Shown: positions 31,278-41,637, counted from the first letter of the stretch. The stretch: 64,000 nucleotides of DNA from Cyclobacteriaceae bacterium (GCA_020436165.1 JAGQYI010000076.1:99555-163554); one strand, 5' to 3'. Translations and numbers: made by a program. Notes: a model not told the origin generated them from the sequence alone.

Positions 31278-32723
31278 TTATTTATCAGGCTCGTCCTTTT
31301 TGGGTTTCTTCATAATTTTTGCATCTTCAGAAGGCTTCTTTTCTTCCTTTTTAACTTCACTGGCTAATTGCTTAATCTCTTCCGGAGACTTCCCCTTCAA
31401 ATACTCAGGCAACTCCATTCCTGCCATATTAAACATTTCCTCCAAAGGCGGAACCGACTTGTAAAGACCCGAAATAAAATTAGCGGTTGAGGTCTTTCCG
31501 TCTGTACTATTGCCCCCTTCCCAAACCGTAACTTTATCGATCTTGATATTCTTAATAGCCTCAGTCTGCAAGCGCACCAGTTCAGGCAGCTTGTCAGCCA
31601 CAAGCAGTAGTACAGCATCTTTTGAATTGCTTCCTGCCGCTGCAACAATCTGCTTAAGACCTTCAGCCTGTTTGGTGAGTATTTCAAAAATACCTTTCGC
31701 CTCAGCCTGCTTTTTAAATAATATGGCATCAGCCTCTCCTTTTGCCCTTCTACGAATCATTTCAGCTTCAGCTTCGGCAGCAATTTCCACACGTTCCTTG
31801 TCAATTTGTGCCGGCACCACTATGTCTGCAGTTTGAGCAGCCTTATCTCTTGTAGCACGGGCATTTTCTGCAATTTGTTCCGCTGCATAGGCTTCTTCAA
31901 GTGCCTTTGCCGCCTGTACTTTTTCAGCTGCGGTCGCAACTTTTCTTGCCTCCGCTTCTTTTTCAATCCTCAATGCATCCGACTGCGCCACTTTGATTTT
32001 TGCCGTGTTTTCACCTTCTACTGCTCGTGCATTGGCATCAGCAACCTGAACACGTTCATCCTGGTGGGCATTGGCCTGGCCAATAGCGCCATCCCTATCC
32101 TTTTCAGCTACCGATCGCTTGGCATCGTTAATAGCTTTGGCTGCTGCTTCCTTACCCAACGCTTCAATGTAACCCGATTCATCTTTGATATCGGTTACGT
32201 TAACGTTGATGAGCTTCAACCCTATCTTTTTTAGTTCTGCCTCCACATTAGAAGCCACATTGGCCAAAAACTTATCCCTGTTGCTATTGATCTCCTCAAT
32301 ATCCATGGTTGCCACTACCAGCCTTAACTGACCAAAAATTATGTCTTTGGCAAGATCGTGTATATTAGCTTGGCTCTGGCCTAACAGACGTTCAGCCGCA
32401 TTGTTCATTACACCCGGCTCCGTTGAGATACCCACCGTAAATCGCGAGGGCACATCCACACGTATATTCTGACGACTCAACGCATTGGTTAGCATAACTT
32501 CAATTGAAATAGGAGTTAAATCCAAAAACTCATAATCCTGAAAAATAGGCCATATAAAGGCTGCTCCTCCATGGATACAATTGGCAGAACCACCGCCTAC
32601 CTTACCGTATATAACCAAAATACGGTCGGAAGGGCAACGTTTGTAACGTCTGAAAAATGTTACCAGAATAACGAACACGAATAGTGCCGCCAGAGCTAAA
32701 ATAGGTAAGGTTAATACACTCAT
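31278..32723 (-). CDS. flotillin/SPFH (band-7) family protein, YqiK-like
   Basis: N-terminal TM. SPFH domain. Long Ala/Glu-rich coiled coil. Lys-rich tail. Confidence 0.8.
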   Translation of the reverse strand: MSVLTLPILALAALFVFVILVTFFRRYKRCPSDRILVIYGKVGGGSANCIHGGAAFIWPIFQDYEFLDLTPISIEVMLTNALSRQNIRVDVPSRFTVGISTEPGVMNNAAERLLGQSQANIHDLAKDIIFGQLRLVVATMDIEEINSNRDKFLANVASNVEAELKKIGLKLINVNVTDIKDESGYIEALGKEAAAKAINDAKRSVAEKDRDGAIGQANAHQDERVQVADANARAVEGENTAKIKVAQSDALRIEKEAEARKVATAAEKVQAAKALEEAYAAEQIAENARATRDKAAQTADIVVPAQIDKERVEIAAEAEAEMIRRRAKGEADAILFKKQAEAKGIFEILTKQAEGLKQIVAAAGSNSKDAVLLLVADKLPELVRLQTEAIKNIKIDKVTVWEGGNSTDGKTSTANFISGLYKSVPPLEEMFNMAGMELPEYLKGKSPEEIKQLASEVKKEEKKPSEDAKIMKKPKKDEPDK

Positions 32724-33310
32724 TATAATTTACTTTTTGAGACCATTAAAATAGAATCGTTTATAATATTGGTTACTGTTACAACAGCACCCGGTTTAAT
32801 ATCTTCTTCATCGTCAGTAAGCGCCTCGAGGGTGCGCAAACTACCTTGTACTGTTACCTGAATCTGTCCGATATTTCCTCTTTTTGCCTTTATTTCCATG
32901 TATACTTCGCCAACAGCACCAACAGCATTTTTCATTTTCAGTGTTCCACTGGCTGTAGCTTTACCCAGTAGATAAAAGATACCACCCATCACCAGCATCA
33001 TCGCCAAACCGGCAATCAATGAAATAAAGATGGATGTGCCATGACTAAGTCCTGAATCGAGACTTGCAATGCCTGTCCAGGCAAAAATGGTGAAGAAGGC
33101 AATCAAATTTTTTAAGGTAAAAAACTGGAATGATATGCCATGATCGGTTTCTACGTCAAAATCTGCATCGCCATCGTGCGGTACATCGCCACCAAAAAAT
33201 GTGAGAATAAGCTGTAAAATAAAGAATAATGTAAAAGGAATAGCAATACCCCAATAGATCTTTGCCAGCAACTCGAGGCCACTCCACCACTCAGAAAAGT
33301 TTGATGCCAT
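32723..33310 (-). CDS. NfeD-family membrane protein (flotillin-associated)
   Basis: Membrane N-terminal half plus C-terminal OB-fold-like segment. Stop/start overlap with downstream flotillin. Confidence 0.7.
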   Translation of the reverse strand: MASNFSEWWSGLELLAKIYWGIAIPFTLFFILQLILTFFGGDVPHDGDADFDVETDHGISFQFFTLKNLIAFFTIFAWTGIASLDSGLSHGTSIFISLIAGLAMMLVMGGIFYLLGKATASGTLKMKNAVGAVGEVYMEIKAKRGNIGQIQVTVQGSLRTLEALTDDEEDIKPGAVVTVTNIINDSILMVSKSKL

Positions 33311-33466
33311 AGAACTTGTAATTTTCCTTGGTTAAATTAGATTAATTATTTTAAACTAAAAAACGCAAAACTTAAATTATTGATAATTTTCCCAACTATT
33401 TTTTTGAAGAAATGTTATTTCTCGACTTAAGAAATTGAAAAGCCTGTTTAGCATTAAAGAAACAGT

Positions 33467-33877
33467 TTACTCCCCTCTCCTCCACCTTTTCTTATCGCTC
33501 AGCTTTTTCTTTGCCTCCAATCGCTTTTCAACTGAAGCTTTCGTGGGTTTGGTAGGTTTTCGCTTTTTCCTTACTGCAAAAGCTTTTGCAAGCAGTACTT
33601 CCAGTTTAGCCAGCACATCTTCCTTGTTGGCCAACTGAGAGCGGCCAGCCTGAGAAGAAAGCACGAGCTCCCCCTCATTCGTTAACCGAGTATGAAGTTT
33701 TTTAAGAAGCAAAGCTCTTTGTTCCTCCGTAAGAATTTGAGAGTTGGCTACGTTCCAACGTAGTATAACTTTGGTGTTTACTTTGTTTACATGCTGGCCC
33801 CCCGGCCCTCCGCTGCGCGAAAAGCCAAACTCCAGCTCGCTGGAAATACCTTCAACCGAAACCTTTTGGATTGCCAT
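33467..33877 (-). CDS. arfB: alternative ribosome-rescue factor ArfB (peptidyl-tRNA hydrolase domain)
   Basis: GGQ motif (GPGGQHVNK) and basic C-terminal tail. Start moved to MAIQKV (cat at 33875-33877). Confidence 0.8.
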   Translation of the reverse strand: MAIQKVSVEGISSELEFGFSRSGGPGGQHVNKVNTKVILRWNVANSQILTEEQRALLLKKLHTRLTNEGELVLSSQAGRSQLANKEDVLAKLEVLLAKAFAVRKKRKPTKPTKASVEKRLEAKKKLSDKKRWRRGE

Positions 33878-33967
33878 TACACCCGCAAGTTGCAAAAACG
33901 ATAGCAAAAAGCATAAAAAAAGCCGGGACAAGCCCGGCTTTTGCAACGCAAAAAATATAACGTACTG

Positions 33968-34255
33968 TTATGCTACGTTAGACTTCAAATACTTCACTTC
34001 CATCCAACTACCTACGTTCAACACGTTTTCAACGCCTTGATTTCTTAAATAAGCCTCTGCATAGCCACTTCTGTTGCCGGATGCACAGCAAAGAAGAACC
34101 ATACCGCTCATTTGTCTGAATTCCTCAACCCTGGCCGGTACCTCATCCAGTGGGATATTTATAGTGCCTTCAGCACTTGCATAATCAAATTCAAATGTGC
34201 CACGTACATCAACAATTGTGTTGTTCGGGTCATTAATAAGTTCTCTTAAATCCAT
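33968..34255 (-). CDS. single-domain rhodanese sulfurtransferase (active-site Cys present)
   Basis: 95 aa. CCASGNRS active-site loop. Confidence 0.8.
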   Translation of the reverse strand: MDLRELINDPNNTIVDVRGTFEFDYASAEGTINIPLDEVPARVEEFRQMSGMVLLCCASGNRSGYAEAYLRNQGVENVLNVGSWMEVKYLKSNVA

Positions 34256-34317
34256 AGTTTAATGCCTAATTTTGGTTTCATAGTACTGCAAAAAAAAGAA
34301 CATGCTTACATCCTCAT

Positions 34318-34333
34318 TGTGAAATGCATCACA
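34318..34333. promoter_or_regulatory. perfect CRP-type palindrome TGTGA-N6-TCACA
   Basis: tgtgaaatgcatcaca. About 70 bp upstream of rhodanese start in the rhodanese/patB divergent region. Confidence 0.55.
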
Positions 34334-34533
34334 TACTACTCAAAAACATATATTTTAGGTAAAATACCTATTAAAGAACACCCTATTTCTTGAGCCTCAA
34401 ATGCTTCTTAAGGTTTTATGGATGCAAATTGACCCTCATTTTTTTTCAGATCTTCATCATCAAACCTTATCAATTAGTACAACCTGTTTTTAGATTGTTA
34501 ACGGTTTTGTTAATTTCAACAAAATTTAAAGCC

Positions 34534-35715
34534 ATGAGTGCCAAATTCGATAAGTATAAAAAAGAGATTGATCGTTCTACGTTTATCCGATACAGCGATA
34601 GTTATTTAAACTCCTTATTTGGTTCAACCAAAGTAGCTCCGCTTTGGGTAGCCGATTCCGATTTTATCGTAATGCCTGAATTGGTTAAAGCGATGAAAAA
34701 GGTAGCCAAACGTGGGCTGTATCCCTATGAGTTAAAAACACCTGCCATAAAACAACCTCTTATCGATTGGTTTACAAAACGTCATAAAATCAAACTTAAA
34801 ATGGATGGACTCCTGTTTACATCAAGCGTTCTTACCGGACTTGCCGCAGCAATTGATGAACTAACCTCAGAAGGAGATGGAATAATAATACAACCGCCTG
34901 TGTATAATGCCTTCAAAGGGTTAATAGAAGGCGTGGAAAGAAAGGTAGTGTTTAACCAACTTAAGCTGGTGGATGGTGCTTATGAAATGGATTTTGATGA
35001 TCTGAAAAAGAAAGCAGCTGAAAAAAAAACGAAAGCAATAATCCTTTGCAGCCCTCATAATCCAATCGGCAGGGTTTGGACCCGGAAAGAGCTTGAAAAA
35101 GTAGCCGAGATCTGCGTTGCCAATAATGTGCTCATGCTAACAGATGAAATACATTGCGATATCGTTTTCTCAAAAAGTAAGTTTGTTGGTATGACGGAAA
35201 TATATTCCGGTAAGTCTGATCAAATTATCATGTTTGGTTCAGCAGGAAAATCGTTCGGAATTCCGGGTTTGGTAGACTCGTTTATTTACACCCCAAATGA
35301 GGAATACAAAAAGGCCCTTCAAAGTAGAATTATGCGTTTCCACTTAGGCAAAAGCAATTCGTTTGGTATAGTAGCCATGAAAACCGTATACAAGCACGGA
35401 CACAAATGGCTGGACAAAAAACTGAGTTACCTTGAGAAAACCGTATTGATGATAGATGAATTCCTGAAAAAACACTTGCCAGAAGTTAAGTTGATTAAGC
35501 CTGAGGGCACCTATCAGGTGTGGCTTGATTTTAATGAGGTAGCAAAAAGTGATGAAGAATTGAGTGAATTACTCTTCAAAAAGGCCAAAGTGGGCATTGG
35601 CCTGGGCAGCATGTATAGCCCTAATGGCGAAGGTTTTGCCCGCATGAACATCGCCTCCCCTCAGCCGATGATTATGGATGCTTTGAAACAAATTGAGAAA
35701 GCTGTACATGTATAA
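34534..35715 (+). CDS. PLP-dependent C-S lyase (MalY/PatB-type cystathionine beta-lyase, aminotransferase class I/II)
   Basis: Collinear MalY/PatB-like sequence (…SPHNPIGRVW…, Lys in SAGKSFG). Start moved to MSAKFDKY (atg at 34534). Confidence 0.75.
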   Translation: MSAKFDKYKKEIDRSTFIRYSDSYLNSLFGSTKVAPLWVADSDFIVMPELVKAMKKVAKRGLYPYELKTPAIKQPLIDWFTKRHKIKLKMDGLLFTSSVLTGLAAAIDELTSEGDGIIIQPPVYNAFKGLIEGVERKVVFNQLKLVDGAYEMDFDDLKKKAAEKKTKAIILCSPHNPIGRVWTRKELEKVAEICVANNVLMLTDEIHCDIVFSKSKFVGMTEIYSGKSDQIIMFGSAGKSFGIPGLVDSFIYTPNEEYKKALQSRIMRFHLGKSNSFGIVAMKTVYKHGHKWLDKKLSYLEKTVLMIDEFLKKHLPEVKLIKPEGTYQVWLDFNEVAKSDEELSELLFKKAKVGIGLGSMYSPNGEGFARMNIASPQPMIMDALKQIEKAVHV

Positions 35716-35778
35716 TGTCATCCCTGCGAAGGCAGGGATCCTTTCGTTATTACCTCAAAATCGTGATGATGGTTCTTA

Positions 35779-37647
35779 TCAATTAAATTCCGGCACCTTA
35801 CATTGTTCGCTCATTTGCGAAAGCAACTCTTTAAAATCTTTATGGATGGACTGTTGCATTAATTCAGAATTCTGATCGTGGCAGGTAAAACAGGCCCCCA
35901 CGGTAAGTATTTTCTTCTGCTCTTTAACCGAGAAAGCCCTGAAGGTTAACCTCGTTGAGGTTTTGGGCATTGGTTCCTGCAAAAAACCAATCCATGCATC
36001 TGCAGGCAAACCGTCCTGAGCCAGATTCACATATTTTGGCGTAAATATCCATTCCGAAGTGCTTTTATCAAACGAAAGCTTGCCATGTCCATACCCCAGA
36101 GCAACTGGGTTGTTGTGGCACGATTTGCAATCACGACCTTTCGTGGCCGTAGTGTGGGGGGCGGCCGGTGCAAACAATCGATGAAAGGATGTATCGTTTA
36201 GCATCTTACCAGGGAAAGCAGTTTGATCCAACGTGAAAATCATACCCGGAATAGCCGAATGCACCTCCCGTTCCCCATTCTTTTCACTCACACCAAGGGT
36301 AGTTGGCCCTGCCAGAAATTCACCTGCGTATTCTATCCAGGAACCTTTAATATACTTTTTATCCAATAAGTCATAGCCATTGGCATCAGGATCGTAGTCC
36401 ACATGGCAACCAATGCACTGGGGCGCCCAACTCGAGTGGCAACTCGAACAAGTAAGGTCTTTATGGCCAAACTCCCTGGTACATACGCTTGCAGGTTGGT
36501 TTAGCGGATACTCAATTCCGTTACTTTTTCCTATCATAAACGCCTTGTTATCCTCTTTTACAAACGTGTTAAGCAAAGGTGAGGCATCTTTTTGTGTTAT
36601 TAAAAACTGCCTATGCGAGTATCCGCGTAAATTGTAAATACTTTTATCAATAAACTTTAAGCTATCAACATTTACTGTATTCCTTTCTTCGTTAAAAGAA
36701 TGACAGTCCTCGCAGCTAATTTTAACTGCATCTTCCTCATGTACGTACGTTTTTCCATCGCCCATTACATCCGAATACGTATGGCAATCAATACAGATAA
36801 GTCCCTTTGTATGGTGTACATCTTCGGCTATGTATTTAAAAACACGATCATCCTGCAACACCCTGTACCCCTCCATCGACTGTAAACTGTCTTTATGCAG
36901 CAATGTCTCGTGGTATCCTTCGTAATTGGTGGCAATACGGCCCGAACGGCTATGGCAACCAAAGCAATGCTCGTTGGTAATATTCAAATCCAACGAAGGG
37001 TGAATTTGAGGAAGATGGCTTGAATCCCTTATATAAGCCGAATGTGCTTCTATACCATCAGTCGTATAGTTCAAATGGCACGCATTGCACCCTCCTCCCC
37101 TCGAAAGCTGGTCTACAGGGCCGGTTTCGGTTTTCTCGTTTCCCAAATGACAACGAGAACATAAATTTCGCAAATGCTCATCTGCAGCACTATGCCCTAT
37201 GTAAGCCATATGAGCCGGAATATCAGGAGAAGGCCTTTCACCGAAAATATATTTGTCTACACTCACAATACCACTATTGGTGGTCATCATTGAGGCACGA
37301 ATATTTTGAACTGCTTCTGCATGGCATGTACCACACGTTTTTTCCATTGAAGAAACGTTTCCGGGAATAACCACCATACCGGCATGTGCTTCCTCAATCG
37401 TTTTGGCTTTATTGTTACCCATATGGCAGGAAGTGCACCCAATATTCACATGGCTTTTGCTCATTCCTGTAACTTGCACATGGCAGCTAACACATTCGCC
37501 ACCAGACGCATAGGATGTTTCATAGCTATTTGTAGTGAGGTTACTGTCAGTAGATACGCTATCAGCATCGTGCAACCACTGAATGGCAACCAAAAGCACC
37601 ATTAAGGACAGTATTACAACAAGAATAGTATAAAATGTATTTCTCAA
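35779..37647 (-). CDS. membrane-anchored dodecaheme c-type cytochrome
   Basis: N-terminal TM/signal anchor. Twelve CxxCH motifs counted directly. No CxxCK. Confidence 0.85.
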   Translation of the reverse strand: MRNTFYTILVVILSLMVLLVAIQWLHDADSVSTDSNLTTNSYETSYASGGECVSCHVQVTGMSKSHVNIGCTSCHMGNNKAKTIEEAHAGMVVIPGNVSSMEKTCGTCHAEAVQNIRASMMTTNSGIVSVDKYIFGERPSPDIPAHMAYIGHSAADEHLRNLCSRCHLGNEKTETGPVDQLSRGGGCNACHLNYTTDGIEAHSAYIRDSSHLPQIHPSLDLNITNEHCFGCHSRSGRIATNYEGYHETLLHKDSLQSMEGYRVLQDDRVFKYIAEDVHHTKGLICIDCHTYSDVMGDGKTYVHEEDAVKISCEDCHSFNEERNTVNVDSLKFIDKSIYNLRGYSHRQFLITQKDASPLLNTFVKEDNKAFMIGKSNGIEYPLNQPASVCTREFGHKDLTCSSCHSSWAPQCIGCHVDYDPDANGYDLLDKKYIKGSWIEYAGEFLAGPTTLGVSEKNGEREVHSAIPGMIFTLDQTAFPGKMLNDTSFHRLFAPAAPHTTATKGRDCKSCHNNPVALGYGHGKLSFDKSTSEWIFTPKYVNLAQDGLPADAWIGFLQEPMPKTSTRLTFRAFSVKEQKKILTVGACFTCHDQNSELMQQSIHKDFKELLSQMSEQCKVPEFN

Positions 37648-37822
37648 ATCGAGGCTGTATAAATCGTGTTTTCAAAGAAACTATTAATTACCGACTCCTG
37701 CATGTTACCAACTCCATTTTATTAGGCCCTAAACCTTTTTTTATTCATCTTTTTAACTGACTAAGGTCATGTTTCTGCAATTATATGAGAGGTAATTTTG
37801 ATGTGAATTTCAAGAGATCATG

Positions 37823-37844
37823 TGCTGAATTAAGCGGTTCAGCA
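37823..37844. promoter_or_regulatory. 22-bp palindrome TGCTGAA-N8-TTCAGCA in cytochrome/psrA divergent promoter
   Basis: Perfect 7-bp inverted arms, about 75 bp upstream of Mo-oxidoreductase start. Confidence 0.4.
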
Positions 37845-37908
37845 ATTTTTTAATGGGTATGATTTACGCTCAAAAAAGAATCAAATTTTTAACTAATCGA
37901 TTATTCTC

Positions 37909-40149
37909 ATGCGTACAAATCGAAGACAGTTTATTAAAATATCAGCTTTAGGAGCTGGTGGGGTAGCAGCCGTTTCCTCAACCAGTTTTGGCGGCTCATT
38001 TCTGTCCATCTTCGACTCTTCCGAGGATATCAGAGACATTGACTTCAAAAGGGTTCCAACCTATTGCGAAGTTTGTTTCTGGAAATGTGCCGGCTGGACT
38101 AATGTTGATAAAAAGGGCAATGTTGTTAAAATAATTGGCAACGAAGACGACCCTCATTGTAATGGACGCCTGTGTCCACGTGGTACAGGTGGAGTTGGTA
38201 TGTATACCGATACTGACCGACTAAAAACCCCTCTTATAAGAGTAAAGGGAGCAAATGGCGAAGAAGACACTTTCCGTGAAGCAACCTGGGACGAAGCACT
38301 TGACCTAATTGCAACAAAAATGAAAGGTGTGAAAGAAAAGTATGGGCCAGAAAGCTTTGCTTTACTTAAACACGGATCGTCAGGAGCACATTTTGAGCAT
38401 CTGTTCAAAGCTTATGGTTCTGACACCATTGGCGAGCCTGCCTATGCACAATGCCGCGGACCTCGTGAACAGGGTTTTGGTGCCACATTTGGAAGTTGGG
38501 TAGGTTCTCCTGAACCAACTGATATCCGCGATACCAAGTGCCTGGTGCTTATAGGTTCTCACATTGGTGAAAACATGCACAACAGCCAGGTACAGGAATT
38601 GGCTGACGCCATTGATAAAAAAGCAACAATCATAACCGTTGACCCACGTCTTTCAACCGTGGCTGGTAAATCACAGTACTGGCTGCCAATAAAACCTGCT
38701 ACTGATATTGCACTTTTATTATCCTGGATGCACGTACTTATCTATGAAAACCTGGTAGATGAAAAGTATATTGAAAAATATACCTACGGATTCAATGAGC
38801 TAAAAGAACACGTTAAAAATTATACTCCTGAGTGGGCTTACGGAATTACAACCATTGAACCAAGTGTGATAAGGAAAACAGCACGCGAAATGGCTGATGC
38901 TGCTCCTTCGGTAATTGTTCACCCTGGTCGCCACGTAACATGGTATGGAGATGATACACAAAGATCACGCGCCATAGCTATTTTAAATGGCTTGCTTGGC
39001 TCTTGGGGTAAACGAGGTGGTTTCTATCTGAAAGAGAAACTGGCTATTCCTAAATACCCTCAACCTCCATACCCACATCCGGAATGGGGATGGGAACAAA
39101 TTGGTGAAAAATACCCATTGGCTCAAATGGGAGTTACCAATGAGATTATTCGATGCTCAATCCCTGAAGAAGATACAGAATACAAGGTTAAAGCCTGGTT
39201 TGTTAGTGGAACCAACCTGCCAAAGAGTATTCCTGACAAAGACCAATTAGGAAAAGCGCTGGATTCGATCGAATTCCTGGCCGTTTGCGATACCATGCCA
39301 ATGGATATTACCGGTTATGCCGATGTAATCCTTCCTGAAGCAACCTATCTGGAAAGATACGATGGTTTGAGATCTGCTACCAACAGAGAGCCTTCGGTTG
39401 CTTTAAGGGCACCAGCCGTTGAACCTAAATACAATTCCAAACCATCGTGGTGGATGGCCAAGCAAATCGGAGAAAGATTAGGTTTGGGCGCATACTTTAA
39501 CTATAAAGATTATGCAGATGTACTTGACTGGCAATTGAAAAAAATCGGTTCTTCACTGGAAGAAATGAAACGCATTGGTGTGAAGAAGTTTGACCGCAAA
39601 AGTGGTCCTCTTTACATTGGCGATGGTGAAGATTACGAATTTGCTACCAATACAGGTAAAATAGAGCTTTACTCTACTGAATTGGCAAATATGGGTCACG
39701 ACCCTATGCCTAAGTACACTGCTCATGACGAACCTGATCAAGGATACTATCGATTGATCTACGGAAGAGCTCCAATGCATACCTTCAGTAGAACATCCAA
39801 CAACCCTAACCTGCACGACCTAATGAGTGAAAATAAGGTTTGGGTAAACCCACGTGTAGCCAAGATCTGGAATTTGCGAAACAACCAGGAGGTTTACCTT
39901 CAGAACCAGGACGGTGTTGTAAGTTCTTTCCCTGTTAAAGTTAGAGTTACGGAGCGTATCCGTTGGGACTCTGTCTATATGGTTCACGGCTTTGGCAATA
40001 CAGATAAACACTTAACCAGAGCTTACGGCAAGGGAGCAAGCGATACTGAATTAATAACTAAAGTATCAATCGATCCTTTGATGGGAGGAACCGGTATGAG
40101 AGGAAACTTTGTAACATTTATTACGGACAAAAATTTAGTTGAGTCATGA
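37909..40149 (+). CDS. TAT-exported molybdopterin (bis-MGD) oxidoreductase catalytic subunit, PsrA/PhsA/TtrA-like
   Basis: Twin-arginine signal (TNRRQFIKISALGAG). N-terminal Cys cluster C-x2-C-x3-C…C for [4Fe-4S]. 746 aa. Confidence 0.85.
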   Translation: MRTNRRQFIKISALGAGGVAAVSSTSFGGSFLSIFDSSEDIRDIDFKRVPTYCEVCFWKCAGWTNVDKKGNVVKIIGNEDDPHCNGRLCPRGTGGVGMYTDTDRLKTPLIRVKGANGEEDTFREATWDEALDLIATKMKGVKEKYGPESFALLKHGSSGAHFEHLFKAYGSDTIGEPAYAQCRGPREQGFGATFGSWVGSPEPTDIRDTKCLVLIGSHIGENMHNSQVQELADAIDKKATIITVDPRLSTVAGKSQYWLPIKPATDIALLLSWMHVLIYENLVDEKYIEKYTYGFNELKEHVKNYTPEWAYGITTIEPSVIRKTAREMADAAPSVIVHPGRHVTWYGDDTQRSRAIAILNGLLGSWGKRGGFYLKEKLAIPKYPQPPYPHPEWGWEQIGEKYPLAQMGVTNEIIRCSIPEEDTEYKVKAWFVSGTNLPKSIPDKDQLGKALDSIEFLAVCDTMPMDITGYADVILPEATYLERYDGLRSATNREPSVALRAPAVEPKYNSKPSWWMAKQIGERLGLGAYFNYKDYADVLDWQLKKIGSSLEEMKRIGVKKFDRKSGPLYIGDGEDYEFATNTGKIELYSTELANMGHDPMPKYTAHDEPDQGYYRLIYGRAPMHTFSRTSNNPNLHDLMSENKVWVNPRVAKIWNLRNNQEVYLQNQDGVVSSFPVKVRVTERIRWDSVYMVHGFGNTDKHLTRAYGKGASDTELITKVSIDPLMGGTGMRGNFVTFITDKNLVES

Positions 40150-40679
40150 GATACGCAATGGCAATAGACACCTTAAAATGTGTCGGATGTAGCGACTGTG
40201 TTGTCGCATGTCAAACAGAAAATAATGTGCCGATAGGCTACTGTCGCGACTGGATCACTGAGACAGTAGATGGTACCTATCCGCAACTGGAAATAGAATT
40301 ACGATCAGAACGATGCAACCACTGCGAAACCGCTCCTTGCGTACGCTGCTGCCCTACAGGTGCCAGCCAGATTGTAGACGGAGGTATCGTTATCGTGGAA
40401 CACGATGAGTGCATCGGTTGTGGAGCATGTATAGAATCGTGCCCTTACGAAGCACGTTACACCCACCCGGAAGGCTATGTAGACAAGTGTACTTTCTGCT
40501 TACACAGAGTAAAAGAAGGTTTACAACCTGCGTGTGTGGCCGCATGCCCTACCAAGTGTATGTACTTTGGAGATATTGACGACCCTAACAGCGAAATATC
40601 TCACATGCTTAAGACAAGAAAACAGAAAACACTTGCACCTGAAGCAGGTACTAATCCTCATATTTTTTACTTAATCTGA
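40146..40679 (+). CDS. 4x[4Fe-4S] ferredoxin-type electron-transfer subunit (PsrB-like)
   Basis: Four Cys clusters (CxxCxxCxxxCP pattern). 4-bp overlap with upstream gene. Confidence 0.85.
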   Translation: MRYAMAIDTLKCVGCSDCVVACQTENNVPIGYCRDWITETVDGTYPQLEIELRSERCNHCETAPCVRCCPTGASQIVDGGIVIVEHDECIGCGACIESCPYEARYTHPEGYVDKCTFCLHRVKEGLQPACVAACPTKCMYFGDIDDPNSEISHMLKTRKQKTLAPEAGTNPHIFYLI

Positions 40680-40686
40680 TTGAATC

Positions 40687-41637
40687 ATGAAAGAAGAATT
40701 AATCATTAGTGGAAGAAACCTGCCTCATATAGACCCACACCTTAGTTTGTGGCACTGGCCAATCTCCCTCTATCTTTTCCTGGGTGGTCTGGCAGCAGGA
40801 ATTTTGTTCTTTGCAGCTTTGGTAACACTCTTCCGTAAAGAAGAAAAATACCTGGGAGCAGTAAAATACGCAACCATTATACCTCCTATCGCACTTTCGG
40901 TTGGTTTGCTCGCACTGTTGTACGACTTAACCCACCTTTGGTACGCATGGAGACTTTATATGGTTATCAGGATCGAGTCGCCTATGTCGTGGGGTGCCTG
41001 GACACTCCTTTTGGTAACTCCTATCTCCTTCTTATGGATGATCAGTTACTTTAAAGAGTACTTCCCTAACTGGAAATGGCAGCAAGGTGTATGGAATTAT
41101 GCCAGCATTGCAATTGATTTTATTAATAAATACAAACGTGTGATGGCGTGGATACTCGTTCCATCAACCATTATATTAGGCATTTACACCGGTATTTTGC
41201 TGTCAGCGTTCAATGCACGTCCGTTGTGGAACAACTCTATTTTAGGGCCCTTATTCCTTACTTCAGGATTGTCAACCGGGGCTGCTGCCATTATTGTGCT
41301 TTCCAAATCGCACGATGAACGCAGAATGTTTAGCATGATCGACCTTGTTTTAATAGGTATCGAATTGTTCCTAATCACCCATATGTTGATGGGTATGCTT
41401 GCAGGCTCACAGGTACAACTGGAGGCTTCCGAGCTTTTACTGGGAGGTGAATTTACCGTTGCGTTCTGGGTGTTTGTAATTATCCTGGGACTCGCATTCC
41501 CTGCCGTTCTCGAAATATTTGAACTGATTGGATATAAGGTTCCTGCCGTAATACCTGCTTTACTGGTATTGCTGGGTGGTATGATCTTCAGATTTATAAT
41601 GGTAGATGCAGGACAGATAACAAGGTATTTATATTGA
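40687..41637 (+). CDS. NrfD/PsrC-family polytopic membrane quinol-interacting anchor subunit
   Basis: 316 aa, ~8 TM. Follows the A and B subunits by 7 bp. Confidence 0.8.
   Translation: MKEELIISGRNLPHIDPHLSLWHWPISLYLFLGGLAAGILFFAALVTLFRKEEKYLGAVKYATIIPPIALSVGLLALLYDLTHLWYAWRLYMVIRIESPMSWGAWTLLLVTPISFLWMISYFKEYFPNWKWQQGVWNYASIAIDFINKYKRVMAWILVPSTIILGIYTGILLSAFNARPLWNNSILGPLFLTSGLSTGAAAIIVLSKSHDERRMFSMIDLVLIGIELFLITHMLMGMLAGSQVQLEASELLLGGEFTVAFWVFVIILGLAFPAVLEIFELIGYKVPAVIPALLVLLGGMIFRFIMVDAGQITRYLY

Noticed and set aside
31278-33310. NfeD/flotillin pair as a defence-associated SPFH system
   Set aside because: This is the common housekeeping nfeD-yqiK arrangement. No nuclease, protease or NTPase effector is nearby.
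35779-37647. Cytochrome as nitrite reductase NrfA or hydroxylamine oxidoreductase
   Set aside because: No CxxCK motif. Twelve hemes instead of five or eight. No adjacent nrfH or ccm-nrf genes.
37909-41637. Interpretation as an alternative complex III (ActB/ActC) instead of a substrate reductase
   Set aside because: ACIII ActB is a single fused ~1000-aa Mo-less subunit accompanied by ActA, ActD, ActE and ActF. Here the A subunit (746 aa, intact FeS Cys motif, TAT signal), B subunit (177 aa) and NrfD subunit are separate, as in Psr/Phs/Ttr, and no other Act genes are present.
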